A program made the position numbers and the translations under genes. A DNA stretch of 64,000 nt from Raillietiella orientalis (Eukaryota): contig JAYWIR010000007.1 in the NCBI GenBank assembly GCA_036172245.1, forward strand, positions 5,332,001 through 5,396,000. The letters are read 5' to 3'. Below the pieces are notes generated by a model. The model had not been told where the DNA came from and searched no databases. It saw only the letters and a program-made list of their open reading frames with translations. Below, piece by piece: positions 11,951 to 25,558 of the stretch (position 1 is the stretch's first letter; every line of letters begins with the position of its first letter).

Positions 11951-14900
11951 CCTATTCCCGGATGGTTTGTTCGTTTCCTAGAATTAAACGACCCACCGCC
12001 ACCGGGTGGCGGAAGACAGCAGCTTTCGTGCGTCTTTCCGCTTGCTGGCCCGCCCTGCATCTCTTTCCATCTGCAACGTCCTTTGCCGGCAGTGAATGCG
12101 AACGCGCTTCCCGCACGCGGAAGAAGACGCACTCTGCGCGGCCAACACTCGCTGGACACGACGTGCTTCTTGAGTGCGGAGAACGCACACAAGAGAAGAA
12201 GGAAATTTGCTGAGGGAATGCACAGTCGCCCGATCAGGGTGGGAGCATTCCCTGGAATGAAAAAAAATCGGACGTTTTGTTGGAACGGTCGACGACGCAA
12301 CGATGATGGCGGGGGCCCAAGAAGCGAATGGGCTTCCTCTTTCGAACGCGCGTTCCGACGGTGCCGGGAATTCGGGCTGGCGCCACGCAAACGCCCAGCC
12401 CCTCCCGTCACTCGGTGGCTGTCGCGTGAGCCTCCTTTCAGCTGCTCACCTACGCCTAGCAGGTAGGTTAAACTTTCTGCCGATGAGGCGAGGTGGACGC
12501 GCGTGCCACGCACAGACCTTGGCGTGTACTCCCTCCCCGTTCGCCTTCCTTGGGGCAGGCATCGCAGAAGGGCCGCCCGCTACACACGGGAGCGATAGGC
12601 CGCCTCACTGCGGACGCGCTGCCCCCGGGGGTTTCGTCCGGTCGCGCTCCAATGCGACGAAAGGTGTTCACACTTTCCCCTCTTCTTACGGAAAGCAGCG
12701 GCTCGGTCGCCAGAAGCGCCCCGAGGCACCGACGTTCGCAGCGTGAGCACGAGAAAGCGCCAAAAAGGGCAAACTGCACCATCCGTACGACCTGGCAAAC
12801 GGCTCCGACAAAGAAGCGGCGCGTCAGGCATGTTCATAACGGCGCCTCAGGCGGGATGTGGGATCCGCCGCGCATCCGAATCCAGAAGGAGAAAAATAAG
12901 ACAACAGGAATCCATGTATGTGATGTGCCTCATTCATATGAAAAGGAAGATGCGCCAAATTGATTGACACAAAAGAGCACTTAGCTGCTGCACACAATAA
13001 AATCAACATTGAAACCATCACAGCAGCATATGTGCCGATGAGGGTACGTATGTACAAAACAATGGGCATACATTCATATCAAAGAATGCATTCGAATGTA
13101 CAAATATGAATATCGATATCCGTATAATTGCATTCTCATCAAAATGTGTATATGGAATATTTCTCCACATAGGTAGGCATCGGGATACATGCACACGCAT
13201 CCACAAATATATGTGTATATCTATAAGTAAACAGGGAAATACATTCCAAAATCTACGAAAATACGCATAGAGTAATAGTGACGAAGAACATGCGTGCACT
13301 TATTTTTCTACAGTTATTTCTATATGGAAATAGGGAGATAGAATGTTCAGGATATGCTTCAGAAAAAAAAAGATGAAAATGACGTTACTCATTGTATATG
13401 TGCGTCGACAAACACGTGTACATATCCCTGTATACCGACATACATGGGTACATATTTGATTCTTATCGTACAGTATAAACACATATGTAAGTTCATCCGA
13501 GTACGTGCATTGAGCCATATTTCTGCTCATAGGTGACTCCAAACCTACATGTATAGGACGAGAGATTGATAAATGAATGCATGTAGATATGGATAGAAAT
13601 ATACATTAATATCAATTGGCAGTCGTGAATACAGATGTATACAGTTGTACGAGCATCAGTAAGCATTGGCCTACAAGTTCCATCATCATGTGCGTGACAC
13701 CCCTAACCGAAGAGTGTTCGGGAAGGCAACTCCCCGTGTCTGCGATGAGAGCATTGGAATGCCACACTGGAAACACCTTTCCCAATGTTCACAGCGGGAG
13801 ACGGGGCGGGAACGTGGAGGTGGGCACACACACACAGGGAAGGGACCACGAGTTCTTCTCCGGAGCAGACCTCCATCTGGAACGCTTTCCTGGCCTCCCA
13901 ACTCCGATCTTCATTTCTTCCTTGCCCGCTCCCTCATTCGAAGAAGATTCGGGCGAAAAGCCGAGTGGAGGCTTCCAGGTGCCCAATTCGTTCAAAACAC
14001 TTGGTGGAACCGCGTCGGGATGCTGCTTTGAGCACCCTCACGATTTCAAGGTGCAGTTTGGGAAGTGTGCGGAGCCACGGACATGCCCACGGTGTGCACC
14101 TGCGTGACTCATTGTGCGGGGCACTGCAATCAGTCGTGCAGTCGGTCTCTGCGACGGGGCGAGCTTTCCCGTGGCTGCGGGAATACCGTCTTCGTGCGGA
14201 ACGCACACGCGGCACGACAGGATGCGGATGTTGCCCCAAGGCGCCCAGCGAACCAGCAGACCGAAGGCGATACGTGCGAGGCAACAGGCAGGCGGATCCC
14301 CTGCTGGAATCCACCGGAAGCGAACGCGGAAGCCAAGCGCTGAGCTCACCGCACGCGGTGGTTCACGAGACAGGGACCGAGGTGCGGGCAGGAAGACGTG
14401 CCGTGACATGGCGGCACCCACGGCAGCGCTCGCCGTGCCCAGGGTGGCGGACGTTCCTTTCGACCGGACGTCGATTGCGACGTGGCGAGGGAGCGACCAG
14501 CTGCCGATGCCCGTCAGCCCGTCGTAACGCCTGCCGACGGACCGACTGAAAGACGGTTGGACGCTGCCCGACGTCAACAACCGCTCTTCCCCGTGCGGTC
14601 ATGTTCGCGAGTGTCCCGGTGGCAGGGCGAAAAGGGTTGAAAGCTTGCAATGCACCGCTTGCAGTTCATGCAGTTCGTAAGAGAGGGTCTTTGCTGCAGG
14701 GGTGATGCGGACGGAGAGGCAGTGTCCAGCGTGAGTGCATGCTGCAAGCGAGCACGCAGGCGCGCAACGTTCCTGGTCGCAACCGTCCGGGAAGTGCAAC
14801 CGTGGAGCAGCAGGAGTTCCTCGAAACAACGTGGTCTTCCCTACTCGGAGCCATGGATTCCTTCTCTTCTTCCCTGTTGTCTTTCTGTCTCTCACCAGCA

Positions 14901-17900
14901 ACGCGCGCTCAGCGTCTCACTGCACGCATCCGACCGCGTTCACGGAAATTTCAGCCTGTTTTCAGCTTTTCACCGTTACCAAGGCAACAATCGGGCGTGG
15001 TAAGGAAAAGAAAAAAAACTCTTCATGGGAGGAAAGATGTTTCGGAGATGCGCCTTTGCAAAAGCAGGAGTTGTGGCGTGCGCGTTGGGAGCGGCGGCGG
15101 CCGCATACTGCTACCGCAAGGAGGTGAGTGGCCATCCTTCTGTCTCCTTTTCCTCTTTCTTTCCTCCCCTGTTCCTTTCAGATCTTGGGCGCGGTCCAGC
15201 AGCTCTGGAAACCCGTTAGGAAAGAGGAAGAATCCGAAGAGCGGATGCTGGAAGACAGCCTGCAGCGTGCACTGTCGGGGGGCGATGCACGCTGCCGGGA
15301 AGGAGCCGGCCATGCTATGAGCTTTTGCCCGGGGGAGGAAGAGGAACCTCCCCTGGTGGTAGTTTGGGTGAGTTTCGGGTACACGCGCCACTCACCCGCT
15401 GCCCGTATTCCAGGAGTCGCGCGCCTGGAAGGAGCTCACGCGGAAGCAGCCTCCAAAATAGGCGCGCTGTTGGGCACCTGGGGGGTAGGTGTCCAACTCC
15501 AAAATGAACAGGGTTGCATTGGAGCGTTCGCCTGCTTGTTTTTCGGGGTAGCCGGGAAGACATAGGGCTGGTGTTGCAGCGGATGGCGCAAGAGGCACGG
15601 CGGCAGCGCCTTAGTTCCAAGGAAAGAAGTAGCGATTTGCGGGAAAGGGGAACGGAGAACTGCGAAAGTGATCAGCCCAGGAGCGGCAGGCCGTCGCAGA
15701 GGCGCTTCAAAACGAAGCTCTGCACATCCGGTCCGGAATCTCGAAGCAGGAGCAGTCTTTGCCCCGTCTGCAGCAGCTGGAGGGTGGAACCAGGGAAGGC
15801 TTCGGCGCAGAAAAGAGAGTGAGAGAGATAAGCCGCAAGTCCGGCGTCCGACTTTCGACCGTCCCGCACTCGGGTGATGACCGAGCGAATAAGAAAGCCA
15901 GGCTGCACCGCGCAGGGCAGACAGGGCTGGCGACACCCCTTGTCCGGTGCTCCTGCGGTAGCGCGCGGCCTCCGCAAAGAGTCGAGGCGACCCGGGAAGC
16001 GGTCCGGTCGGGCACTGGGGAGGAGGCCGCCGACCCCTGCCTGCCTTCAGTTGGAGACGTCGGCAGGGCCTCGCGCGCAGACCTGGCCACCGAGCCCGAG
16101 GGTCGCTTGTGGGAAAGAGGCGCAAGGAAAGAGAGTGCAGCGGATGCAAGCGGTTCGCAAACGTCGGGCGCGGGTGGGGTGCAGCAGTCGAAGAAACCGC
16201 TCGCCCGAACTCCGAGGAGCTTTCGATTCGTAGCATGACGGTCGTGAGGGAAGGAACGCCCCACGAATCCACATTCTTCCTGGAGGGCTTTACTCATGAG
16301 CTCGAGCTTCTTATCTTTGCTCCCTGGCTTGCGTTCTTGATCACTTGCTTTCCTTTTTTCTTTGCTTTTGTTTTTCCTTCGGGACACTTGTTTGCGCTGA
16401 TCTCTGGTTCTCGCTTACCATTCATATCCGGAGGCAATGATCATTCACGTGAACACGGAACCGTGCTTACTTTGCTTCCGCACGATCGGTCTGTAGCTGT
16501 ACACTCACGTGTGTATTATCCCGTGAATTCTGCTATACAATGGATATTCACATGATATGGAGTATGGAAGAGGTACTTTCGTCGAATGTATTCCTTACAA
16601 AACGTAGGTTTGCGTTAGCCCCCTCATATGAGCAGCACATAATGATACGCGCTTGCTGCGTTTGCCATTCAAATCACACTTCTTGCTGAGCTGTGAGCGT
16701 AGCGATTCGATGGCCATGGAAATGGATGCGATCAAGTAATGAGGAAATTGGTTACATGCAATTCATCAATTCTGTGTGCATTGAGTAGATGGACCTTTCC
16801 CGTAGAGAGCGTCGTGGACGTCATCGGAGTGTAGAAGGAAAGCACGTGGGTGTGGCTTCCGCTTTCTAATCTTTTGGCGCGTTCTTCCCCAGAAGTAGGA
16901 GTGGAAGCCGGAGGGCGAATTCTGCAAGGAGGAGTATCCGTGTGGGGCACCGCGGGGTGTGTGTGCCCGGAAACTCTTTCGATAAGAGCTCCCTTTGCAG
17001 CAAGGCTCTTATCGGTTCCATTCTTTGGGATTTTAGTGGCCACGGTTCTCGGCCTTTTGGCTAAGTTCAAAGTGCAGTTGCTACGCGTGCAGCTGCCGGA
17101 CGATGCAGAGCGACACCCTGCAGTGTGCAGGCGTCCGGCAGCAGAGTCTGCGTATCCGCGGACTTCCGAGTGCTGTCGATGATTGGTCTTCAGTGGAGCA
17201 TGTGGTGGTTCGACTTGTGGCTCGCTTGTAGCCACAGATTGCTTGGATTTTCCGGGATTTCTGTTGATTTCTTGGTAAGTCCTTTTTCGGGCGCCAGTGG
17301 ACTGGATGGGGTTCTTTAGGCAGTTCAAATCACCCTCGTCGCTGCACGCTGTCCTTGGGTGGTGGTGGCGTTGATGCTGCGCGGATGGTACTGCAGTGCC
17401 ATTGCGCATCGCTCGTTCCTTTTGTGAGGACCGCGACATTCGAAACCCCACGATCGGGCTGGGCGACGGAGAGCACGGTTTCGCTCTTCACGACGTTCGC
17501 CTCCGCCTTCGTCATCTTTTCTGCCGTGGTGATTGACAGCTGGGCGTCCACTCGTCGCCAGTCTTCCAATAAGAATCTGTGGCCCCTATCTTGGGTTCCT
17601 TGATGGGGACACAATGTGTTGATGGTCCTCTTAATGAGTCTTCTTTCTTGGCTTGGTCTCGCAATCCATTGATTTTTCAGGCAACAATTTTTACGTTCCT
17701 GCCACGGAGGAGGTCGTTGGGATTTTCCTGGAGGCCCTGGAGTCCTGCCGGTGTGAAGGCGTTTGCAGCGGGGCGTTCTTCTTCGACGTCGCTTTTACTT
17801 CCCAGTTGTCCGTGCCATCTGTGACGGGACTGCCTTGGTTTTCGGTCCTGTTGGACACCTCTTTGCGGAAGCAGCGGTGTAGACCTTGGTGTCTCACTGC

Positions 17901-18281
17901 TTGCGTTCTTTACGTCCGGAGTGTTGGACAAACACAAGCGAGTCTAACCTCTTTGTGTTGGTGCTTCACCTGCAAACGATGTTGCTCGCAGAGTACTCAC
18001 TGGAGGTTGACTGCCCGTACGGAACCGAGTTGGCGCTGCATATTCTCACGTTTACTCACTGCTTGCAGCGGTCGCACTTCGTTGCTTCCACCTGTCGTTC
18101 GTATTCTTTGACTCTTACGAGTTTCTTACTAAGCACGGTCAACTCTGACTGCGTTTCGTGTCTTCGTGCTTGCTCTATGCTTCCAGGAATTTCGCTGTTG
18201 TGGAGGAGGTCTTCTCTGGCAGCACGTTCTTCTTCCTTCTGCTGCATCGTCTCCGCGACGGTAGGAGACGTCGAGATCTTT
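11868..18281 (+). repeat. Segmental duplication, copy A (~6.4 kb)
   Basis: Near-identical (roughly mid-90s % by eye) to 34,044-42,136. Offset is 22,176 before and 23,847 just after the copy-B insertion. Similarity stops after ...gtcgagatcttt. Confidence 0.95.
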
Positions 18282-18340
18282 GTCCAGTCGACACACTTCC
18301 TGCACTGCCACTTTGCGTGAAGGAGAAGCTGCAGGAGCAG
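16950..18340 (-). pseudogene. Degenerate LINE relic (possible end of ORF1 and APE endonuclease start of ORF2), copy A
   Basis: Minus strand VKIVA*KINGLRD (~17,694-17,656) resembles the APE 'swNvnGL' motif, CVPIKEPK resembles 'lQEtk', and GDLNC (17,334-17,320) resembles 'GDFN'. Frameshifted. Confidence 0.55.
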
Positions 18341-19862
18341 CACAGCGGCGTCAGCGTGGAGGATGTGAGCTGGTGCTGCACCAGCGAGTCACGCCGTCTC
18401 TTAGGGCAGGCATCGACTCAGTCCGATCCAGAAGTGTTGCAACCTATTCAGGGCATGGGTTGCCTTTGGTAACTTTTTCGCTTTTCTGGATGTGCGCCTT
18501 GCACTCGTAGGAATCTGGCAATTTTCATCCATCTTCATTCCGGAGATCGCTTTCTTCGCAAACAATTGTCCCAATTCGATCGCGAAGGTGTCGATGCGGT
18601 TCCTTATTTTCATATGCACATCAGAAGCGAATTCCCATCGTCCTTGCCAGTCACTCCATCACGCGCATCGCACAAACATAAGAATCTTCCATCATCTCCA
18701 GGAACCCATATGCATCTTCACAACCTGCACTTTACGATTCATCAATCGGATTGCAAGCATCGTGCAACTTGGAGCCGCTAAATTGAATGGACTTCAAGAG
18801 AACGGGACACGAGTTGACATATCCTCTGTTCGTACCTATTTTACCGTCTTCCCAGTTCATTGCGACGCTAGCGGGTGAGATGTGAGACTGGGGAAGAGAT
18901 AAAGTCATCACACGTAATTGGAATATGGATTTTGGAAATCTTCATTTGGCTGCCTTGGTGCACAGACCGACCTTGGTGATTCGGTTGTTTCACGGTGACG
19001 CCGGCACGTACACGACAAAACAAAGAAACACACTACAAGTTCCGGGGAAAGTGTTTTCCTCCCCTTAATATGAGAGATGCCACAGAAATGGAAAAGTGCA
19101 TTTGAGATGAGCAGTGGCACGCAGGCGGGCTTGGAAAATGTAGAAAAGGGAGGAAGGGGACAATGAAGGAATGAAAAAGGGACGTGAGGGCGTGAAGAGG
19201 GAGGTGCGTCTTGGAATGCTTTGCCCTTCCTTTCTAGGAGCGTCTCTGGATGGTCGTGATTTCCCTGGAGACCATCGTGCTCCCGTATTTCGAAATGCGG
19301 CTTCGCTAGTGGTGCATTCGTTTCTCCGCGATCCTGACTCCAGCTCATGGCGGGAGGTCACCTCAACGCGAATGCAGCACCCTTCTTCGACACGTTGTCT
19401 GCGAAGAGGCGTCGCAGCTATTGCGGAGCGGTGTGGTGCGGTTGGCGGAACGCCCAGGCGACTCCACCAGCGGTGCTCACGGGCACTGCGGTCGAACAGA
19501 AGGTGCGATGCGAACGGGAAACGGTTTGTCAAGGCAACACTCCGTGTGTGCACTGGTCGCACTGGTTGACACTCCGTCACGCCTGCGTTTGTTCGTAAAC
19601 GAAAAAGAAACGTGCGTGGCCGGGAGTTTGATCGTGCGTCACGTTACTTGGAACCACGAGCAGGAACCTGCTGGGAAGTGGCACGCAGGCAAGCGGGCTT
19701 CGACTCGGCAGAACAGGGGAATGGGAGAGAAACAAAAAAAAGGAAAACAGGAAACGAAAAACAAGCGGTCAAAAAAATGGGGGGTTAGCGAAGAAATCAC
19801 TGTGTTCTTGACATCCGGGTGTAACTCAAACTCCAAAGAATGAGGTACCTCCTCATTTTGTG

Positions 19863-20006
19863 CCTGAGGACATCAAGAACTCGAAACAACCCAACAGCCA
19901 AAGTACCCATAAACAAAGAGCATCAGCCCTCGTTCCCTTACCATTTCCAAAATCCTCATTCTTCATCCTGAGGACATCAAGAACTCGAAACAACCCAACA
20001 GCCAAA
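19863..20006 (+). repeat. 40-bp direct repeat, two copies with starts 104 bp apart
   Basis: cctgaggacatcaagaactcgaaacaacccaacagccaaa at 19,863 and 19,967. Confidence 0.9.
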
Positions 20007-21444
20007 AGTTCTGTGTCCTTCGTTTAATCACGCTGCGAGACACTGACATTCTGCTACACAGCTCAGGAAGTGTTTCAGCAATACAGACCTCAGGTGTTCG
20101 TTTCTTGTGATTATAGCACTGACACTCAAGAGAATTCTCTACGTTGGGATGCGATTCTTTCCTCTACAATCAATGGAATATTCAAATACTTTGTTTGCTC
20201 TTTTCACGAAACAGATAAGAAATGTTGACTAAATGACAGATTGGCAAACCCGGGGAACGGAACGTTACCTTCCGTTTGAATGAGGCGGGTGCAATTGAAG
20301 ATGAAATAAGGAGCAGCGACCGGAACGGAAAAGGGTTCAAGGATCTTCGAGATCTCTGCATTGTAGGTGTGGTACTGCATGATGCAAACCAGGATTCTGC
20401 ATCACTCGTCATTTCGAAAAATTCCCACGACTGCTTCGCAACCGGAAGCATATTTGAATTGCACACGGGCACTTCACGTAAAATACACAAATGGAGAGTG
20501 TCCATCCTTCTTCATTTCCTTTGGCGGAGGAAGCCATGACGGTCTTGGTAATGCTTGTGGAAACAAGCAGTCGATGCTTGCGAATTCGGCGAGGTCCTGG
20601 GAATGCGAATTTTCCGATTTCGAAAAATTCGTGCGAACGGAGACACGAAGGGAAGACCCCTTAATGCGTGGGAGCATCCACACGGCTGATGTCAAAAGAG
20701 GCACTGCCTGTTTTCAAGTGCTTGTCGCCTGGTCAGGGGACCAAGAATGCAAAAGGCACAGGCAGCGAGCTTATTAACTTTCTTATAGGCAAAATCACAT
20801 CGAACAAATCACGGTGATTAAGGATGAAGAGCTGATGGAATCCACGACTGCGCAGTGAGTGTACTTCAGTGAACGGCGCGTGAGTGGAGCGCCACTGCAA
20901 CTTATCCGCTGAAAGCGCCGACTGGGGAACTCCACGGCGTGCTTTCCAAGCAGCCACTTTGGAACACTTTTTTGGATTGTTGGTCGTTTTCAAATTGTGC
21001 AAATGGTGGGGCTGCCGCCCTCGTAGGTGCCTTTGAATACCCAAATGGACTGTGTCTGCTGATCAGCGAGGCACCTACTTTGTGGTGTCTGCGCCCACAG
21101 TGTGCGTATTGCTTGCAATTTCGTGCCGTGGATATCCCTCTGCAAGTTGCAGTTTTATCCAGAATTCTATCGTGCATGATGCTTTTCCTTTTCAAAGTTC
21201 TTTGCTCATTATGATGAGCACCATTCTCGTCGTCACTGCTAGTGCTTTTTGATCACAGAATCATTCTGCAGGTGCTCACGGCAAACTACTGTATTTTCCT
21301 CGATTGCAGGCTGGACAAAGTTTTGCATGATACTCGCAAATTCTCATTGGCGCGGACACTAAATAAATGAATTAAAGAAAGAAAAACCAACAAGAAATAC
21401 CCCAAGGATTGCAAAAACGCATTTCGAATCGTCCGATTTCATGA

Positions 21445-21762
21445 ATGGAAACCGGAAGTTCCGAATCCAATCATCTGGTCGCGGATGCTGCTCTGAAGCA
21501 CCTGATTTATGAGTACGTGTGGGATGAAATCGATGCTGAAGGAATCTTTGGGAATGATGAGTCCAGGATTTCGAGCTTTCCTGATTCAGTGGCTAAAAGC
21601 GAACATCTTGATGCTTCTGAGGAAGGACGCGAGGCCCCACGGCCAGAAGAACTGGAAAGCGGTAAATCTTTCTCTGCGGCTTACAAGTGCACAGTTGTTT
21701 GCTTCGTTGATTTTTGCTCTGAGTCTAAGAAAACTTTGTTCGCCACGTTGGAGACTCCCTGA
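21445..21762 (+). CDS. Candidate first exon of an unknown protein
   Basis: ATG-initiated, protein-like acidic composition (LKHLIYEYVWDEIDAEGIFG), possible donor g|gtaaat near 21,661. No downstream exons resolved. Confidence 0.25.
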   Translation: METGSSESNHLVADAALKHLIYEYVWDEIDAEGIFGNDESRISSFPDSVAKSEHLDASEEGREAPRPEELESGKSFSAAYKCTVVCFVDFCSESKKTLFATLETP

Positions 21763-23749
21763 CTGAGCCATACTTTGCCCTGCACCCATTCTCTGCGCGT
21801 TCGCGTGTGTTCTTTCTGCGTTAAGGAGAATGAGCTGGTTACTTTCGTGAGAATAATGGGAGATTCATGATAGAGAGATACGTTTTTCAGTGAGGAATTC
21901 ATACTTCCAGTTTTCATCTTATGTGTTCAGTAACCTCCTCATCTTATTGCAACTGTATGAAAGATCACTTCTGTTGAGGGGATACTGAACAAATCTCATT
22001 TAGAGCGTTTGTGTGGAAACGTGCCCTGCCTAAGTAAAACTTTGTTTTATAAGCTTCTTAGGTTCCTGCATCTAGGACACCGCGCCTGGCACCTCTCGAA
22101 CCCGCAGGGTCAACTCCTTGAATTCATAAGGAACAAAGATGTGGAGCGCATCACAATGACCCACAAATAACATTCCTGGAACTTCCTTTCTCTTCTGTGG
22201 AAACTGGGATCATTCTCAATCACCACGAGACAATGCTTATCCTGATTCCTTCCATTTTTCTCAGAACCCTTAAGGTTATCACCGCGTGCCCAACCGGTAA
22301 CTGCGTCCTCCGTCTCAGCAGTTTGGGGCTCCTTCCACTAAAGTCGCTTTGATCGGTGCATTCATTTCGTGTTTGCATAGCTCGGAGGCCGCAAGGAGCT
22401 CCGGCCTCTTCTTTCCCATTAGGATTTTTCGCAGTGCTTGCGCGTGTTCCTCATCAGTTCTTAATGGGATGTCGGAATGCTATCCCGCCAGCTTCGTGTG
22501 GCGCTTCGTCATGGCATTCGTCCACAGTCTCCGTTTGTGGGATCCGGTTTCTCGAGAGTATTATGCGTTCCGCCCAGAAACCTTGGATGGGTTTTCCTTG
22601 CGATCCGAAAGAAAGCGCGAGGACGACTGTCAGCAGTCCCAAGGCAGCCGGAACTTTTCCGGCAAAGGTGTTTCTATCTGAAAGACTCCCCTCTGTGCAA
22701 ATCAGATCGCGGAGCATCGTAATTTGTAGCTGCTGCCTTCTCTCAGGTACTCACAAGAGTGCTAGGTTGCTTCCAAGCATCTCCGGTGCGCGAGAACTTT
22801 TGGGCGCTGATGACGGAAAGATGTCTTCAGCCATCTTCTCCATTCCAAATTCTGGAAGAAATCCATGTTTCAAACACGCGATAGAAACGATCATGACTTT
22901 GCTTGAGGCATCTGTGGACTCATTGCATGGACTGCCGCCGGCTCGCTGACTGTCCGATGAGGCAGCGGTTCGGAATAATCCTTGCTTCCTCCCTGGTTGC
23001 CTACGAAGAGGAATATTTGGATAATCTCTCGAAAGAGAGGGCTCAATCAACCACAATACGGTTCGAGAGAAAGTGGATGTTCCGTGTCGACCCTCTGGAA
23101 TGTCGTCGTCGTCGTCGTGTCCCGCCCTCGATTCAAGACGATGAGGCGAGCGTTTCCGAGAATCGTTCCCGACTGCCCCCAGGAACAGCAGCGGGCGATA
23201 GGGCTTTGGATCTCTTGGACCTCGAATTCCTTTGCTATCTCATCGTAGTACACCCTGCATGTGGCGTACTTTCAGTCCGGCGAACGATCCGTTCACGGCA
23301 CAATCCGACTTGCGTTCAGTGCAGTTCCGCAACAGCCACCGCCACGTGTTGCGATCCGATGTTGCCTGCTGCATCCGCGGTGTGCGTGCCTCAGCAAGTT
23401 CTTTTCAAACGCAGCTTGCCTCTGTTTCTTTCTATTCCAGTAACCCATGCGCTGGTCACTTCGTCTTCAGCCTCTGCGTTTTCACGCTTGGTGCTTTCGT
23501 TTTTGCGACCAGTCGTCGTTTCGTCAACCCCTGTCCTTCCCTGAGAGTTAAATCCGATTCTTCGCTCAAGCCTTTGTGGAGGCAAAACTCTCATGCGCAT
23601 TTTGGAAAGAAGGCTTTGCAGCCTTCCGCTGGGCCATGGAGATCATCCCGGCGGAGCGAAGCTCCCTGTTTCGCTCCCGGCGTTCACCGGGACTCAAGGT
23701 TGGCCGGCTTCTCCTAATGGAGGTGCCATTCATTGGTTTTTTAAAGGAG

Positions 23750-24760
23750 GTTGAACGCGTGCAGTAGATGCCCATCCCGCTCTCATGGGTGTTGCGCAAC
23801 ACCAGGAAAGGTTGAGCAAGCTGGGGATATAGTGGGGAAATCGCGGATGGGAGCAGAGTGGACGCCTACAGATAGAGAACCGCATTCACATTAGAGCGGT
23901 TGGAAACATTCATTTCGATGCATCATCCATGAGGTGGAAACTGCCATCAATTGTTGGTGACCTTAATCTCAGTGGGGCATGGCCTTTCGCGACAAAAGAC
24001 CACGTAGTCCAAGAAAAGCCAGGACGTGCCGCGAGCTGGCTTGCATGGAAGCCGCAGCCTCTGTCGGCGGGCATCCCGTTTTCGGACTGGCTGCTTATTC
24101 ATCCATGCTCCCTCTTCGCCAGTGGGGTCCTCTCTGCCCTTGTAGGCCGAAAACAGGGTCGCAGCTGCAGAAGGTGTCGAGCTTGGGACGAGGCATGTTC
24201 GAATGCGCTACATTTCCGTCTGCGGCACTCTCTCCAGAACTTTCGACGGCGGTATCCCCTGACCGGAGGCGGCAATCGAACAGAGCTGGGAATCGGCTTC
24301 CTGCGTTGAAATTCCTAATGTGGACGCTGTGCGGTCTCGGTGCGGATCTCGTGCTGCGCACCGGCAGACGTGTGGTCATCGTAAACGTTCCCTGTCCCTT
24401 GTGTCATCGACTCTGACGAATAAGCAAGAGAGGAGAGAGATCCAGATCGCAGAACTTGTTGTGTCTCGTTGTCATGGACAGATGCTGAGGTGACCATCCG
24501 GTGACTCAACAGCAGCTTTGCAGGGCCACAACACGTTCTTCCCTCCTCCAAATGAAGAGTGCATAAGAGAGTTGGCGTTCGCGCTGCTGTGCCTCGACAA
24601 AGTGAGGCGCAGCGTGGCTGCTGCCAACGTCCGCGATGCCTGTCGCACCCATAACATGGGACATTCCCGCGACGAAGGAATCGCTCAGAACACCGACGCT
24701 CAAGAAGAACTGCTTCCCGTCAACAGGAGCAGATGCGATTCCATAATCTCATGCGCATAG
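23750..24760 (+). pseudogene. Possible very old LINE ORF2 relic
   Basis: Motif-like IVGDLN, PFSDWLLI (SDH-like) and IRELAFALLCLDK (RT entry-helix-like) in the expected order; heavily degraded. Confidence 0.3.
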
Positions 24761-25558
24761 AGCAAGGAAGTCTTCCTCCTTTATTCTATGCGGTGTCGAT
24801 CAGAACCCCGGAAATGACGCAATCTCGAAAGACCAGAAAAAATAAAAATGCATACTTATGATGGATTGATTGGAACATACATGTGTATTCACACACTATC
24901 AATTATATGCGTTAATATATTATGAATACATAAAAACTAATACATCTGCTTCTTATATGTATTAATATATATGTATACATTACAGATGTAGGTTGAACGA
25001 ATTGACAAGGATCGAATTACGGAAATTCAAGAAAGAAGCGATAGTTTCTCAGCTAACGTTCTCAGTAAACTTTCTCAGTAGCGATAGACGGGAAACAAAG
25101 AAAAAAAAAGGAGACATTTTCAGTAAATCGTGGATTCTATTTTCGGAGTTTTGCTCGTTGAGTATACATCTATGTATTTATTAAGTATGCGGAAGAAACG
25201 TACGTTTTACTTCATATATTCTTTAATATGTATGCCTAACATGTCAGCATACATCTCTGATCATTATAATAATATAAATGTTGGTACATATTAATGAATA
25301 CGTTTGTTAAAAGAAATCTGCACATCAATCCACAAAGAGCACACGCATTTCTTGTTTAATGGTCTCGGGATTTCGATCCTTTGGGGTTTCGAACCAACCG
25401 CCCCTTTGTTTACAATCCCTCCGTTCACTGAATGAGCAGAGCCGGTCCGCGCACGTCCTGAAGACCTGCCGTTCTATTGCCATAGTTGCGGTTCTTGGAG
25501 TCTCTTCCGTCTACCGAGACGTGGTGACACGAAGAACGCTCAAGAGCAGGCAGGTCCG

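Noticed and set aside
11839..16555. Many long overlapping Arg/Pro/Gly/Ala-rich ORFs (also 34-40 kb)
   Set aside because: Open in several frames on both strands because of high GC; no motif recognised; retention in both copies only reflects recent duplication.
19863..20006. 40-bp repeat as a CRISPR-like array
   Set aside because: Only two copies, eukaryotic context, no cas genes.
22410..22470. CUGAUGA...GAAA hammerhead-like cores (also checked near 31,430 and 56,230)
   Set aside because: Stems II and III cannot be formed.
22400..22690. Gypsy-RT-like words on the minus strand (ETP...FRLPW; DIPLRTDEEHAQALRKIL)
   Set aside because: Spacing is about twice that expected, there is no YxDD, and no other pol domains or LTRs are visible.
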